A DNA stretch of 64,000 nt. Origin: a virus (Duplodnaviria; Caudoviricetes). The stretch covers positions 37,522 through 101,521 of IMG/VR virus record IMGVR_UViG_3300024268_000035. One strand, given 5' to 3'. Positions within the stretch are counted from its first letter, which is position 1. Every line of letters begins with the position of its first letter. Position numbers and translations under genes: made by a program. Shown piece by piece: positions 8,451-18,467 of this stretch. The notes under the pieces are model-generated. The model had not been told where the DNA came from. It searched no databases and saw only the letters and a list, made by a program, of their open reading frames with translations.

Positions 8451-9401
8451 TTATCTTGTCGGGAAGAAGTAATCCACAAACTTTCGATAAGACTGTAAGC
8501 GTTTATTTGCCACAGAAACATTGATGTATTTTTCGTTAAAAACCTTGCTGATAGTTTCCATATCACCTTGACGGATTGTTCCGTTTGCACATTCATACAG
8601 ATACGCTCTGTGATATATCCCAGACCAATATACCTTATCATAATGGAATAGGTTAGCGTCCTGATCCGGGTCGCTTTTACCGAAATTCCTTATAAAGATT
8701 CGCATGACCTTAGGTTCTTCTATTCTTGCGGATCTTACGGTTCGTAAAAGATAACTGGATTCGACATATTTCAGAGTGATTATTCCTCTGGCAGAAGATC
8801 TATATTCGGTGGCATCCTTATACTCAGTCAAAAAACTCATGATTTTCTGGTTTGGGTATATGTTTTTGTTTCCAACAACAATATGATCGTCCTTGACATC
8901 CGATTTCAACATGGCGATAGCATCTTCTAATTGAACTCCACACCATGCCATATAGATAGCGGCAATTTGTGTAGCAAAAATAGCATCATCTATTCTATCT
9001 GCTGCGTCCAAAGTTGCATCAATGGCATTCTGCAATTCCTGAAAGTTCTTGAAAAAGTTTGCTTCGTAGACCTGACTTGTATCAATATCGTCATATTTTA
9101 TAGATACGAGCAGTTCAATGTTGTCTTCGTTTACGATACCGTATTTCAAAAGGAACTCAAGGTATTTTTTGATACGGCTTTTGTCTGCAAGGAAACCTTG
9201 AATATTGCTTGTGTTCAGATCGGAGATCAGACGAATGAACTCATCTTTGGTATAGCCTTGTTCCAAGGTTTTTTGGTATTTTTGTTCAAAGCGATGCAGG
9301 CGCATCCAGAAATTTTGAACCGTTCGTGCAGATGCTTCGGAATGTGCATTTCCGTTCAGAAGCTTTTCGATATAAAGGTCACGGTAACTACTGTTATCCA
9401 C
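8451..9401 (-). CDS. degenerate tyrosine-recombinase-fold protein (SPbeta MrpR/YopR-like repressor candidate)
   Basis: Integrase-like layout (IYMAWCGV..EDAIAMLKSDV; KVYWSG) without the catalytic R/H/Y set; GTG start at 9401 with GGAGGGG RBS. Confidence 0.5.
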   Translation of the reverse strand: MDNSSYRDLYIEKLLNGNAHSEASARTVQNFWMRLHRFEQKYQKTLEQGYTKDEFIRLISDLNTSNIQGFLADKSRIKKYLEFLLKYGIVNEDNIELLVSIKYDDIDTSQVYEANFFKNFQELQNAIDATLDAADRIDDAIFATQIAAIYMAWCGVQLEDAIAMLKSDVKDDHIVVGNKNIYPNQKIMSFLTEYKDATEYRSSARGIITLKYVESSYLLRTVRSARIEEPKVMRIFIRNFGKSDPDQDANLFHYDKVYWSGIYHRAYLYECANGTIRQGDMETISKVFNEKYINVSVANKRLQSYRKFVDYFFPTR

Positions 9402-9453
9402 GTTCACCCCTCCATGCCTATGAAGTTGTTTAGTTTGCTCCTCGGATGATGTT

Positions 9454-9482
9454 ATTATACCACACAGAAAACGATTTGTCAA
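9454..9482 (-). promoter_or_regulatory. sigma-A promoter
   Basis: TTGACA-N17-TATAAT with extended TG. Confidence 0.85.
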
Positions 9483-9502
9483 TAGGAGTTAGCAAAATAA
9501 TT

Positions 9503-9943
9503 TTAATTTTTTTCGTATTTTTTCCAAGTAAGATACATGGAGATGAAATACTCTGCAAACTCCGGAGATACACCATGACAATTGTTGGCAATAACATGAT
9601 CGAGAATGTTAGCTATTTCTTCATTCTTTGCACTTACAGGGAAACGCTTGCTTACAGATTCACCGGATACTGTTGTAACAAATAAATCTGCATAGGGGCG
9701 GACATACTTTTTTTGGATATGAAATCCAATATGTAATTCGGCATCAGAGACTATTTCTTCGTACACGTCGGTATAGATGTTCGGTACGGTTCCGCTGGCA
9801 AGAGCCAACTGTACTGCTTCATACAGTACATCATCCCAGAGTTTTTTATGACATTTGAATACGAATCGCTTGGGATTAACGCTGATCGTATCCAAGTCAA
9901 CCGCTGAGATCGGTTCGTCCCTCATACCATTATTGATTATCAT
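9503..9943 (-). CDS. hypothetical protein
   Basis: GGAGG RBS; ATG at 9943. Confidence 0.7.
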   Translation of the reverse strand: MIINNGMRDEPISAVDLDTISVNPKRFVFKCHKKLWDDVLYEAVQLALASGTVPNIYTDVYEEIVSDAELHIGFHIQKKYVRPYADLFVTTVSGESVSKRFPVSAKNEEIANILDHVIANNCHGVSPEFAEYFISMYLTWKKYEKN

Positions 9944-9972
9944 GGTTCTGCCTCCAATTTCATTATTATGTC

Positions 9973-10001
9973 TTGACAAAAGAGAAAATATGAGTTATAA
10001 T
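9973..10001 (+). promoter_or_regulatory. sigma-A promoter for the repressor operon
   Basis: TTGACA-N17-TATAAT. Confidence 0.85.
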
Positions 10002-10037
10002 ATATCCGAAAAAGATAATATATTCTCGGTTGCTCTT

Positions 10038-10066
10038 ATTATAGCACACAAAAGTGTTGCTGTCAA
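10038..10066 (-). promoter_or_regulatory. sigma-A promoter for the leftward operon, facing the repressor promoter
   Basis: TTGACA-N17-TATAAT with extended TG on the minus strand. Confidence 0.85.
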
Positions 10067-10074
10067 TAGGAAAA

Positions 10075-10090
10075 CGATAAAATATTATCG
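10075..10090. promoter_or_regulatory. palindromic operator CGATAA-AATA-TTATCG
   Basis: Identical copy at 31116-31131, also just upstream of a leftward -35. Confidence 0.7.
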
Positions 10091-10108
10091 CAAATTGCGG
10101 AGGTTTTT

Positions 10109-10486
10109 ATGGATTCAATTTTATTTCAGAGAATACGAAAATTATGTAAGGATAGAAATATCACAATCAAGAAAATGTCAGAAGATCTTGATATTGGCAC
10201 GTCTCTGATCCGAAAATGGAAGACTACAACATCTCCATCCATTGATAAAATAAAAACTATTGCTGAATACTTTGATGTTTCGATTGACTATTTGATTGGA
10301 CGTACCGATATCGAACAGCCGCTTGAAAAATTCATTGGCGATAAAGATATCATATCTATCCAAAGAGCAAGGAACAGAATGTCTGATGAAGATCGTAGCC
10401 GTATGATGAATAGTTTACGTGCTACATTTGATAAAGCGTTCAGTGAAGAAAGTGAAGAATCAAGCGGAGACGACGAAGAAGAATAG
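10109..10486 (+). CDS. XRE-family HTH repressor (ImmR/CI-like)
   Basis: IKKMSEDLDIGTSLIRKWK..SPSIDKIKTIAEYFDVSIDYLIG. Confidence 0.9.
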   Translation: MDSILFQRIRKLCKDRNITIKKMSEDLDIGTSLIRKWKTTTSPSIDKIKTIAEYFDVSIDYLIGRTDIEQPLEKFIGDKDIISIQRARNRMSDEDRSRMMNSLRATFDKAFSEESEESSGDDEEE

Positions 10487-10516
10487 TATATTGTATTTAT
10501 CCAAGAGATATTTAAG

Positions 10517-11191
10517 GTGCGAATAATGATTAGATATCAGTATATTTATAATCAGGTGCTACAGATTTATAAGCAAATGGAAAACATTGAGTTTCCGATT
10601 GAACCATCCGACATTATTGCACGACTTCCGAACTGCAAGTTAATGACATATGCGAAATTTGCAAAACTGAATAATTGTTCCGTTGAAGATGTTGCGGCGT
10701 TATGCGAAAGCAGTTCTGGATGTACACATTACGATATTGCCAACGACAGATATTTGATTCTGTGGAATAATGATCGATCTGATAACAATGTCTCTGGAAG
10801 ACGACGCTGGACAAAGGCACATGAACTTGGTCATGTAGTCCTCCGACATCTTCCTCTTATGACAGAACCTAAGATCGCAGAAGAAGATGAAGATTTCTTT
10901 TGGGATGAACGTCCAACAGAAAACTTAAATCATATTTCTACCGCTGCTTTTGAGCAGGAGGCAAATGTATTTGCAGCAACGCTCCTGTGTCCGATGCCAT
11001 TTTTTGAAATGATGGAAATTGAATCGCCGGATGATATTCGCAGTGTGTTCGGTTTGTCCGTATCTGCGTCAGAAAACCGGTGGAACGAATATCAGAAATG
11101 GAAACGCTCTCATGTAAAAACTGCATGGGAAAGTAATATGCGTAAAATTCTCACACAAAAGGATCCGCTGTTCCATATGTACAAATCGTGA
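10517..11191 (+). CDS. ImmA/IrrE-family metallopeptidase (anti-repressor)
   Basis: RRRWTKAHELGH and EQEANVFAATLLCP; adjacent to the XRE gene. Confidence 0.9.
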   Translation: MRIMIRYQYIYNQVLQIYKQMENIEFPIEPSDIIARLPNCKLMTYAKFAKLNNCSVEDVAALCESSSGCTHYDIANDRYLILWNNDRSDNNVSGRRRWTKAHELGHVVLRHLPLMTEPKIAEEDEDFFWDERPTENLNHISTAAFEQEANVFAATLLCPMPFFEMMEIESPDDIRSVFGLSVSASENRWNEYQKWKRSHVKTAWESNMRKILTQKDPLFHMYKS

Positions 11192-11212
11192 GCCTACAAA
11201 TCTGCTCCCCAT

Positions 11213-11446
11213 TTAAGGGGAGCTTTCTTTGTTTGCGGGAATGGGTTTAAGCGTTACGGATCCGTCCTTGGTATTGAATTCTACGATGATATGGTCACGG
11301 CTGGCAAGTTCGCGCAGCTTTTTTAAGATTCTGTATGTTTTAGAATCCCACCGACCATCTTTCCGGCGTTTTCCGATGATACCGCATCCATCAAGACACA
11401 GTTCGTCGTAGATAAGTAAAATTTCATTCTCCATCTGTATTACCAC
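11213..11446 (-). CDS. hypothetical protein
   Basis: ORF in operon; start uncertain. Confidence 0.55.
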   Translation of the reverse strand: MVIQMENEILLIYDELCLDGCGIIGKRRKDGRWDSKTYRILKKLRELASRDHIIVEFNTKDGSVTLKPIPANKESSP

Positions 11447-11762
11447 TCTGAGAAATGATATTACCGTATTTGTCGATAGTCACAACGTCAACCCCTTTAC
11501 AGAACATACCCCATCCATTATTTGTCCATTTATAAATATAGACGATAGTTGTGCCGTAGGCTTTATTATATTCGGAGCGTTGGATCAGACGATCTCCATC
11601 ATATATTTCTGTAACATATCCATTGGTTGTTGAGAGAGACGAGGCGGTATTACTATCCACTGCGTTTTCTGATGTATAGTTATTGACAGAAACATTATTC
11701 TGTGATCCGCAACTGCTGAAAGCAAACAGTGCAATCAGCAGGCAGATAAGTATTCTTTTCAT
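11424..11762 (-). CDS. lipoprotein
   Basis: Signal peptide with lipobox-like FAFSSC; AAGGAG RBS. Confidence 0.7.
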   Translation of the reverse strand: MKRILICLLIALFAFSSCGSQNNVSVNNYTSENAVDSNTASSLSTTNGYVTEIYDGDRLIQRSEYNKAYGTTIVYIYKWTNNGWGMFCKGVDVVTIDKYGNIISQSGNTDGE

Positions 11763-11773
11763 GTTGTGTCTCC

Positions 11774-14700
11774 TTATGAAATATCCTGATTGCCCCAGCG
11801 GATGTGGAAGTTGCCGTTTTCATCCGCTTCACGGGACATGAGTACGGAAAGAAGATCGTAGTCAACACCAAACTTGTCGTAGATTTCATCCAAATCTGCG
11901 TCCTGACCACGCATGAACAGATTCAGTTTTTCCTTTGCGAGAACCATTTGCATCTGGTTGGACTCGATACTTCCAAGATAGGTAACAAAGTAGATATGCT
12001 TCTCGTTTGTGGAATTGTATCGGATAAAACGGTGATAAAACTGGCTCATCCGGGAATTGTTGTAGTGCAGTTCGGGGATGATTACGTTATCCACAAATTC
12101 AAAGTTTACACTGGACGGAAGGCTTTGCTGCGTACAGAGAAGAATTCCGTTCTTGCTTTCTTTCAGGGTTTTACGGAGCGCACGTCTCTTTGCAAGTGTG
12201 GTGGTAGAACCAGTGACGATAAACAGAGGGCGATCCGGCATAGTTTCCTTGATTGCCTGTGCATAGGCATCCACCACATTTTTATGACGCACACCGATTG
12301 CTACGATCTGAGTGTCCATAGACTGACAAAGTTCCAGTACGGTTTTTATTTTCTCTGGTGTTCCTCCTTGGTATTCCATAACGGTATTAGGAGCTGCACT
12401 GATTCTGAGAAGCAATGTAATCTGCTGAATCAAACGCATCATGGAATCCTTACGGGAGTTTCCGGTGGAAGCGAAGTAATGACTACGCATCGCATGGAAT
12501 TCGTTGATCGCTTTCTGATATACAGCGCGTTCCGCATCCGCAAATCGAACGGGAATCTGATGAATCTGCTTGATATTCTTGCCGGATACTTCTTCAAAAG
12601 TTCGAGTGATTACGAAACGTCCGAGAATCTGCTGAAGTTCTTCAGCGTTATAGATATCCTGTGTTTTCTGACCTACGCCGAATACAGTGATCCGTTCCGG
12701 CAAATGACTTGCTGAGAACAGGGCATATCCTGCCTTGTATGCGGGGATCGGTCTGCCGTAATGGGGATTGCCTTTACAGGACAGTCCGGCTTCCGGATTA
12801 TCCTTGGTGGCGCGTTCATAATGGTAAATGGTATCGCACCATGAAATCATATTCGCAGAGTTGTTATATGCAAGCTCCAACTGCGGCGCAAATTCTCCGA
12901 TGTTGTTTCTTGTGCTGGTTCCAGTCATAAGCAGTTTATACTTACATCTTCTGAAAGCGTTCAAAACTGCCTTAGCACGAACACTGGAAGGGTTGGACAT
13001 TTCATCACTTTCATCGAAGCACAGAGCGATTTTCTGTCCATGCTGTCTGACCCAGTTCTTGATCTGTTTGTGGTATGCGGACAGTTTATTCAGGGTAATA
13101 AGAACGAAGTCGCCCTGTTTGATTCTGTTCAGGTCATCCACTTTATCAATGACAACATAAGAAAGATCGTAGTTAGGCAGTACCACATCCCAGTTGTTCT
13201 TGATGGAAATAGCAGGGGAGACAACCCATGTACAAAAAGCGTTCTGCTTCTCCATCCGATACAGACCGGCGGCAATCCCGGCAAGTGTTTTACCGGAACC
13301 CTGTTCCCACTGCAAAAGCATATAGCGTTTCTGCAGTACAAGATTCAGGTCGTGTTTCTGGATGTCATTCAAACGAATTTCTTCTTCATTTTCCTTATCG
13401 TAAAGGGTGAATTTATCCAGCCATGCAGAGAGCTTGGGATCCTGTTCCATATCAAGAAGCTGCATCTGTTCAATCTGGTATTCTCTTTGACGGCGACGGA
13501 TCATTCTGGCATAATTCCCGAACGCAGAGGAATCCATTTCTTCGGAAACGATCTGATAGAAAGGTTTGATTTCTTTCATTTCATCTGTGAGCTGACGGGC
13601 TGCCTTGGGGCTGTATGCCTTATATCCGATGGAATCGTCGTGCTTTACCATCCGAATTATATCTTCGTACTTCTGCGGATGCTGTTTGCGGATTGTATTG
13701 CGGAGATATGCAAGCACCTTGGCTTCAGTAATGCGGACTCTGCACCATTCCTCATCGGACATATCATCCGGCTGTTTCTGGGTATAGAAACGATTTAGAT
13801 ATTCACAGCATTTGACATACTTTTCACGCAGGAGAGGGTGGGACTGGATGTGGTACAGATATTTCTTTACTTTATATGTAAAGTCATCGGCTGCGTTCTC
13901 GCTTCTTGCTATTTCCAACAGGATGTGCGAATGATTTTTGCGGAACTGTTCCTGTGCGGTATCCAGAAAGTTAGAACGAACAAACTGTCTGCCGGATTCA
14001 TCCAAACTAACAGTATCGTAGGTCTGAACGGAATAGTGGTTTGCATTCCATCCGTCCATTTCGCTGTTTTTCTGCCAGAACTGAACCTTGGTAGTATAAC
14101 CTGTCACGCCGAGAGAGGCGAACGTATTTTTGTCCAGTGAGAACTGACCGAGGAAACTGAAGTGCTTTTCCATTTCCTTAATCAGTCCGCCGTCAGAGAA
14201 GTCATCCGCAAGGAACGACTGGGGAACAACAAGAGCCATAATTCCCATAGGTTTCAAAAGCTCTGCCGCTTTCTGGCAGTAGTAAAGCTGGGACAGAATC
14301 TGTGCGCCATCCACCCACCAATACAGATTGAACGGAGGATTGCCAACAACGTAATCCAGCTTAATACCCGGAGTGTATGTACGGATGTCTCCACAGGTAA
14401 GGTTTGCTTTCGGATACAGATACTTCGCAACTTTATAGGCTTTTACATCCAACTCACAGCCGTACACATTGCTTTCCAAAGGAGCAAAGTTAAAGAATGT
14501 ACCCATTCCGCAGGTCAGGTCAGCCACGATTTCCGTGTTGTTCAGGGCAAGGCAATCCATGATAAATTCGCAGACTTTATGAGGGGTGAAAAACTGTCCG
14601 TTTTCGATCTCCTTCTTGGCTTCCGAATATGCGTGGTAGCTGTCGAAGTCACTGAACTTCAGACCGTGTAATCCGCCGTCACCGGTGTACGCATTGTAAA

Positions 14701-14821
14701 TATCTTCACAGGTGATCCCGGAAGATTCCGCCAAATCGTTGTCAATCAGGTACAGTATTTTATCGTTCAATCCCTGACGGCTTTCCTGCGGTATCGTTTG
14801 CTGTAAGTTTTTGTATTTCAT
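11774..14821 (-). CDS. N6-adenine DNA methyltransferase fused to an SNF2-like helicase
   Basis: GQFFTP, DLTCGMG, GNPPF; WEQGSGKT, FDESD, MTGT. Confidence 0.85.
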   Translation of the reverse strand: MKYKNLQQTIPQESRQGLNDKILYLIDNDLAESSGITCEDIYNAYTGDGGLHGLKFSDFDSYHAYSEAKKEIENGQFFTPHKVCEFIMDCLALNNTEIVADLTCGMGTFFNFAPLESNVYGCELDVKAYKVAKYLYPKANLTCGDIRTYTPGIKLDYVVGNPPFNLYWWVDGAQILSQLYYCQKAAELLKPMGIMALVVPQSFLADDFSDGGLIKEMEKHFSFLGQFSLDKNTFASLGVTGYTTKVQFWQKNSEMDGWNANHYSVQTYDTVSLDESGRQFVRSNFLDTAQEQFRKNHSHILLEIARSENAADDFTYKVKKYLYHIQSHPLLREKYVKCCEYLNRFYTQKQPDDMSDEEWCRVRITEAKVLAYLRNTIRKQHPQKYEDIIRMVKHDDSIGYKAYSPKAARQLTDEMKEIKPFYQIVSEEMDSSAFGNYARMIRRRQREYQIEQMQLLDMEQDPKLSAWLDKFTLYDKENEEEIRLNDIQKHDLNLVLQKRYMLLQWEQGSGKTLAGIAAGLYRMEKQNAFCTWVVSPAISIKNNWDVVLPNYDLSYVVIDKVDDLNRIKQGDFVLITLNKLSAYHKQIKNWVRQHGQKIALCFDESDEMSNPSSVRAKAVLNAFRRCKYKLLMTGTSTRNNIGEFAPQLELAYNNSANMISWCDTIYHYERATKDNPEAGLSCKGNPHYGRPIPAYKAGYALFSASHLPERITVFGVGQKTQDIYNAEELQQILGRFVITRTFEEVSGKNIKQIHQIPVRFADAERAVYQKAINEFHAMRSHYFASTGNSRKDSMMRLIQQITLLLRISAAPNTVMEYQGGTPEKIKTVLELCQSMDTQIVAIGVRHKNVVDAYAQAIKETMPDRPLFIVTGSTTTLAKRRALRKTLKESKNGILLCTQQSLPSSVNFEFVDNVIIPELHYNNSRMSQFYHRFIRYNSTNEKHIYFVTYLGSIESNQMQMVLAKEKLNLFMRGQDADLDEIYDKFGVDYDLLSVLMSREADENGNFHIRWGNQDIS

Positions 14822-14824
14822 GTT

Positions 14825-15070
14825 TCATCCATCCTGCTTTATGATCTCATTAGTATCCGGTATATGCTTCATGAAATGGAACAGCTCACCGCCGTAATGC
14901 TGAACTGCCCATTTCACTCCGGTTATAAAGGCTTTGGCTTCGTCTTGCGTTTTGAATTCAATCGGATAATCGGCGATCCGACTGCTGCATATATGAACGA
15001 CGTTCCCCATCTGGTATAACTCCATGATGGGGAAGCCGTCTACTTTCAGTATATCGGTCAGAACTTTCAT
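14825..15070 (-). CDS. hypothetical protein
   Basis: Tightly packed ORF. Confidence 0.65.
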   Translation of the reverse strand: MKVLTDILKVDGFPIMELYQMGNVVHICSSRIADYPIEFKTQDEAKAFITGVKWAVQHYGGELFHFMKHIPDTNEIIKQDG

Positions 15071-15555
15071 ACGGCTTTTGCTTCCAGAGCTTCCACAGCT
15101 TCTTTGTAGTATCCGATCTTAGCACGGATGTTGTTCAGTTCTTCTTCCGTGACACCGGAGCGGGAAGCTGTCTTTTCAAGGCTTCTGGTGTGTTTTTCGA
15201 TCTGTTTCTTCATGTATTCGACGGATGCCTTATCTGCCTTACCTTCCGGATTTGCTTTAATAACATCCGGTTTTTTGTATACCGAGAGATAATAGACAGC
15301 CTCATATTCTTCTTTTGAAATTTCTGTGAAATTGTTTTCATCAACCATTGAGCAAGTCATCCTTGTGATTTCTACAATGGCGTTACCCAGTGTAAGATAA
15401 CAATATTCAACTAAAAATTCCTTATCCTTAAAGTCAAGGATCTTTATAGCAACATGATCGCACTCAGTTTTTGTAATTCTTTTGAAATACTTTCCAACAT
15501 ACTGGAGATAGTATTCATCACTCTTATAAAGATATTCCATTTTTTTATCCTCCAT
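15067..15555 (-). CDS. hypothetical protein
   Basis: ORF; start probably ATG 15540 after GGAGG. Confidence 0.65.
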   Translation of the reverse strand: MEDKKMEYLYKSDEYYLQYVGKYFKRITKTECDHVAIKILDFKDKEFLVEYCYLTLGNAIVEITRMTCSMVDENNFTEISKEEYEAVYYLSVYKKPDVIKANPEGKADKASVEYMKKQIEKHTRSLEKTASRSGVTEEELNNIRAKIGYYKEAVEALEAKAV

Positions 15556-15572
15556 TGTTATATAGATTTTAT

Positions 15573-16493
15573 TTATACTGCATCTCCCAGATATTCTTCG
15601 GCAAACTGACGGGCGTAGGCTTCACTGGTAAAACGGACATCCACACGTCCGTTCTTGAAACACTTGATACTCTTGAGCTTATCCAGATGGAAGGGTATTT
15701 CGGTTTCTTCCGTTATCCAACGATAACTAAGCAGTACGGAAAATTTGTACGGGAAATCGCTCATGATACCGAGATCGAAATGAGCAAGCGCACGGATGAC
15801 CGCTTTCATACTGTCGGTCAGTTCGATCTGATGTTCACCCTTATGGTATTCCTCATACCATCCATCGAAATGGCAGGCGTAACCGGGGAAGGAGAGAACT
15901 GCTTTCTTTTGTTCGTATGCTTTCTTGCCATTGTAGCTGTTCCATCCAGCTTTGTGTGCTGCGTCTTTGAGTTCCTGAACTGCCTTATCCTTGAAGGTGA
16001 ATCCGCCAAGCTGAATGAACACCTGATCCAGAATGTCGCTGTACTTCAATGCCAGATTGTTCAGGGATTCATTGTAGGCTTTTGTAGCTTCGGTAAGAGC
16101 CTGAATTTCTTCCTTTGTGTAAGCTCTGGAGCCATCAGGTTTTTTCGGAAGCAGCACTTCCTTAGCATCACTTTCCGAAATTGTAACCTTGTAGGTCTGG
16201 CGGAAGTAAGAGAAAATTCTGCCGATGAACAGGCTGTGGGAGTTTTGCAGGTCATCGACAAATCTGTTCGGCTTGAAATCGCCGAGATAGGTAGAGTAAA
16301 CTTCCTGTTCGCTTTGATTAAGCAAGCGAGTCTGTTCATCCAAATCTGCCTTACTACGTTCAGCCATCACTTTCAAAACACCTCTTGCATGGTCGTATGC
16401 TTCCTGCTGTGTCTGGCAGTACACACGATCCTCTTCGGAAATTCTGGTGTCGGCTGCAATTTCGACTGCGTTGAATTTATTGAGAAGATTCAT
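15573..16493 (-). CDS. hypothetical protein (phage/ICE type)
   Basis: 306 aa; AAGGAG RBS; C-terminal IKCFKNGRVDVRF. Confidence 0.8.
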   Translation of the reverse strand: MNLLNKFNAVEIAADTRISEEDRVYCQTQQEAYDHARGVLKVMAERSKADLDEQTRLLNQSEQEVYSTYLGDFKPNRFVDDLQNSHSLFIGRIFSYFRQTYKVTISESDAKEVLLPKKPDGSRAYTKEEIQALTEATKAYNESLNNLALKYSDILDQVFIQLGGFTFKDKAVQELKDAAHKAGWNSYNGKKAYEQKKAVLSFPGYACHFDGWYEEYHKGEHQIELTDSMKAVIRALAHFDLGIMSDFPYKFSVLLSYRWITEETEIPFHLDKLKSIKCFKNGRVDVRFTSEAYARQFAEEYLGDAV

Positions 16494-16660
16494 TTTCTGT
16501 TCTCCTTGTGATTATTCATGTGTTTTCTGTATTCGATATAGGGATTGTAGGATGCGGCGGCTACCTGTGCGAAAAATGATGTTACCCCATCATAAATGAG
16601 CTTGCCAATCAAAATGGCGGCAAGGATCATGGTCATGCAGATTCGTCCTCCTGTTTTTAT

Positions 16661-17365
16661 TCAGGCTTCCATCTTCCAACTGATCCGAAGGATGTCCGTA
16701 TCAGTCAGGCGATACCCTTTGGTTCTGGCGTATTTTTTCATGAAGAATACACCATTTGCGGTCTGGACGATCTTACCTTCCATTCTGCCATAAGTACACC
16801 TTTTGCCAAGAAGACCGGGAAGGACGGCTTTTGCATCTTCTGTGAGCTTTTGTTCATCCGTTGTCGTTGTGTACTGGACAGTGACGCACAGGTGAATCAT
16901 ATCGGAGAAGTTTTCTGTCAGGAACGCAAGGACGCGATCCCGGATTTCCATCCTTTGCTGGGTGGTCATACGCTCATTGAAAGAGAGGGTGAAGTAGGAA
17001 AAGTCTCTGCCGGATTCTTTGCCGTCCGTCTTATTGTAGAGATCACCGCACCAGAAATACAGCTCCCAGTCGGTACTGCGGTATGGGATGGGACAATCCG
17101 GTTCGTACTGATAACAGACAAACTTTTCCGCAATCGCTTCCATAACGGGCTGGATTTCATTACTTCTCTCGATACCCCACTTGATACATTCAGTTGTCCA
17201 TTCATCCTGTGAATGTTGATCTGCGTACTCTTTGTTGGCTTTCATTTCGTCTTCTGTGTAGCGGAACTCGATCCGAAAGGAATGCAGGTCTTCTACTGCG
17301 TATCCACGTTCCAGAAGGAGCATTTCGGAATCTGTGATATATGTTTTATCATGGTTGATTGTCAT
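16661..17365 (-). CDS. hypothetical protein
   Basis: GGAGG RBS; directly downstream of a bipartite promoter copy. Confidence 0.75.
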   Translation of the reverse strand: MTINHDKTYITDSEMLLLERGYAVEDLHSFRIEFRYTEDEMKANKEYADQHSQDEWTTECIKWGIERSNEIQPVMEAIAEKFVCYQYEPDCPIPYRSTDWELYFWCGDLYNKTDGKESGRDFSYFTLSFNERMTTQQRMEIRDRVLAFLTENFSDMIHLCVTVQYTTTTDEQKLTEDAKAVLPGLLGKRCTYGRMEGKIVQTANGVFFMKKYARTKGYRLTDTDILRISWKMEA

Positions 17366-17481
17366 AAATGACCTCCGTGTTTTTCTCTTATTACAACTAA
17401 CTATTTTGCGGAAGGGAAATTAACCGAATTTCTGAAATTTCTGCAAAAAAAAAGAACGCCGGGTTCATCCAGCGTCTTTAC

Positions 17482-17697
17482 TCATTCGTATATAAAATTT
17501 TCTCTGCCGACATATTCGCCATCGACATAATCTTCATCGTTTACTCCGGAATACCATGTCAGTTCTCCATGCTTTTCCTGCTTGGCAATCAGCTTCATCA
17601 TGCAGTCTTCTTCATCGAAGCCGCCTACTGTGATTTCTTCATCGTCTGCATATCTTCCGACCATCATCCACGGGAAGCATAATTTTACTTTTCCCAT
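17482..17697 (-). CDS. hypothetical acidic protein
   Basis: GGAGGG RBS; overlaps the upstream stop. Confidence 0.65.
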   Translation of the reverse strand: MGKVKLCFPWMMVGRYADDEEITVGGFDEEDCMMKLIAKQEKHGELTWYSGVNDEDYVDGEYVGRENFIYE

Positions 17698-18191
17698 ACG
17701 CCCTCCAGACCGAAGGTAAAACGGATTGCGGAATCCTTGATACCGGACATGAAGACGGAATCTGCAAGAATGTTCATGGCAGAAAATACCCGCAGTTCCT
17801 TACCACGAAGGGAAGCCAGACGGCGGATTTCGATGGTGATAACGGCATTGGGACGGTTCTTTGACAGCGGTTCGATTTCGATACCGGTGACTTCCATGCT
17901 GTTTGCTTCCAACCACTGTGCTGCCTGCTTGACCTTGTTATATCTCTGCATAACGGAGAGGTTGGCTACCTTGCCGCTGAAATAATCGTCGGAGAGAATC
18001 CGATCCAGTTCTTCCGGGGTGAAGAAGTCACGAACGTCTACGTCCGCTTCGCGGGATTTATTGATTTTGTCGTTGTAGTCTGCTTCTGCTTTCTGTTTGG
18101 CGGCTTCGATCCGCTGACCCATGTTCATGTTGTTCTTAGAAAAATCCACTGCAAGCACCTTGCCTCTGTTCATATTCATTCGCAACTCCAT
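17685..18191 (-). CDS. hypothetical protein
   Basis: 168-aa ORF in gene train. Confidence 0.7.
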   Translation of the reverse strand: MELRMNMNRGKVLAVDFSKNNMNMGQRIEAAKQKAEADYNDKINKSREADVDVRDFFTPEELDRILSDDYFSGKVANLSVMQRYNKVKQAAQWLEANSMEVTGIEIEPLSKNRPNAVITIEIRRLASLRGKELRVFSAMNILADSVFMSGIKDSAIRFTFGLEGVWEK

Positions 18192-18214
18192 TATATCATA
18201 AATTTAATTTGATT

Positions 18215-18460
18215 TCAATGTTTTGTCTGCATTCTCTGTTTCCGGAATGCTTCTCTGCGGTTGGCTTCCGCTTCGATTTCGTACAGTTTTCTTTCGATAA
18301 CAGCAACGGAGCCATATCGCTCCAGACTGTTATTTCTCCACCAATTCTGAAAATCCTTCTGGAATACTTTACACGTTTTTCCATCCGTAAAGACAGCGAC
18401 CTGACACGGTGTATTATACATGGTCGGTATCCGAATCTGATATATCTTATGTAGTTTCAT
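18215..18460 (-). CDS. hypothetical protein
   Basis: GAGGG RBS. Confidence 0.6.
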   Translation of the reverse strand: MKLHKIYQIRIPTMYNTPCQVAVFTDGKTCKVFQKDFQNWWRNNSLERYGSVAVIERKLYEIEAEANRREAFRKQRMQTKH

Positions 18461-18467
18461 GATTCCC

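Noticed and set aside
9402-9482. N-terminal extension of the 343-aa ORF
   Set aside because: The TTG at 9482 is the -35 box of the gene's own promoter; the RBS supports GTG at 9401.
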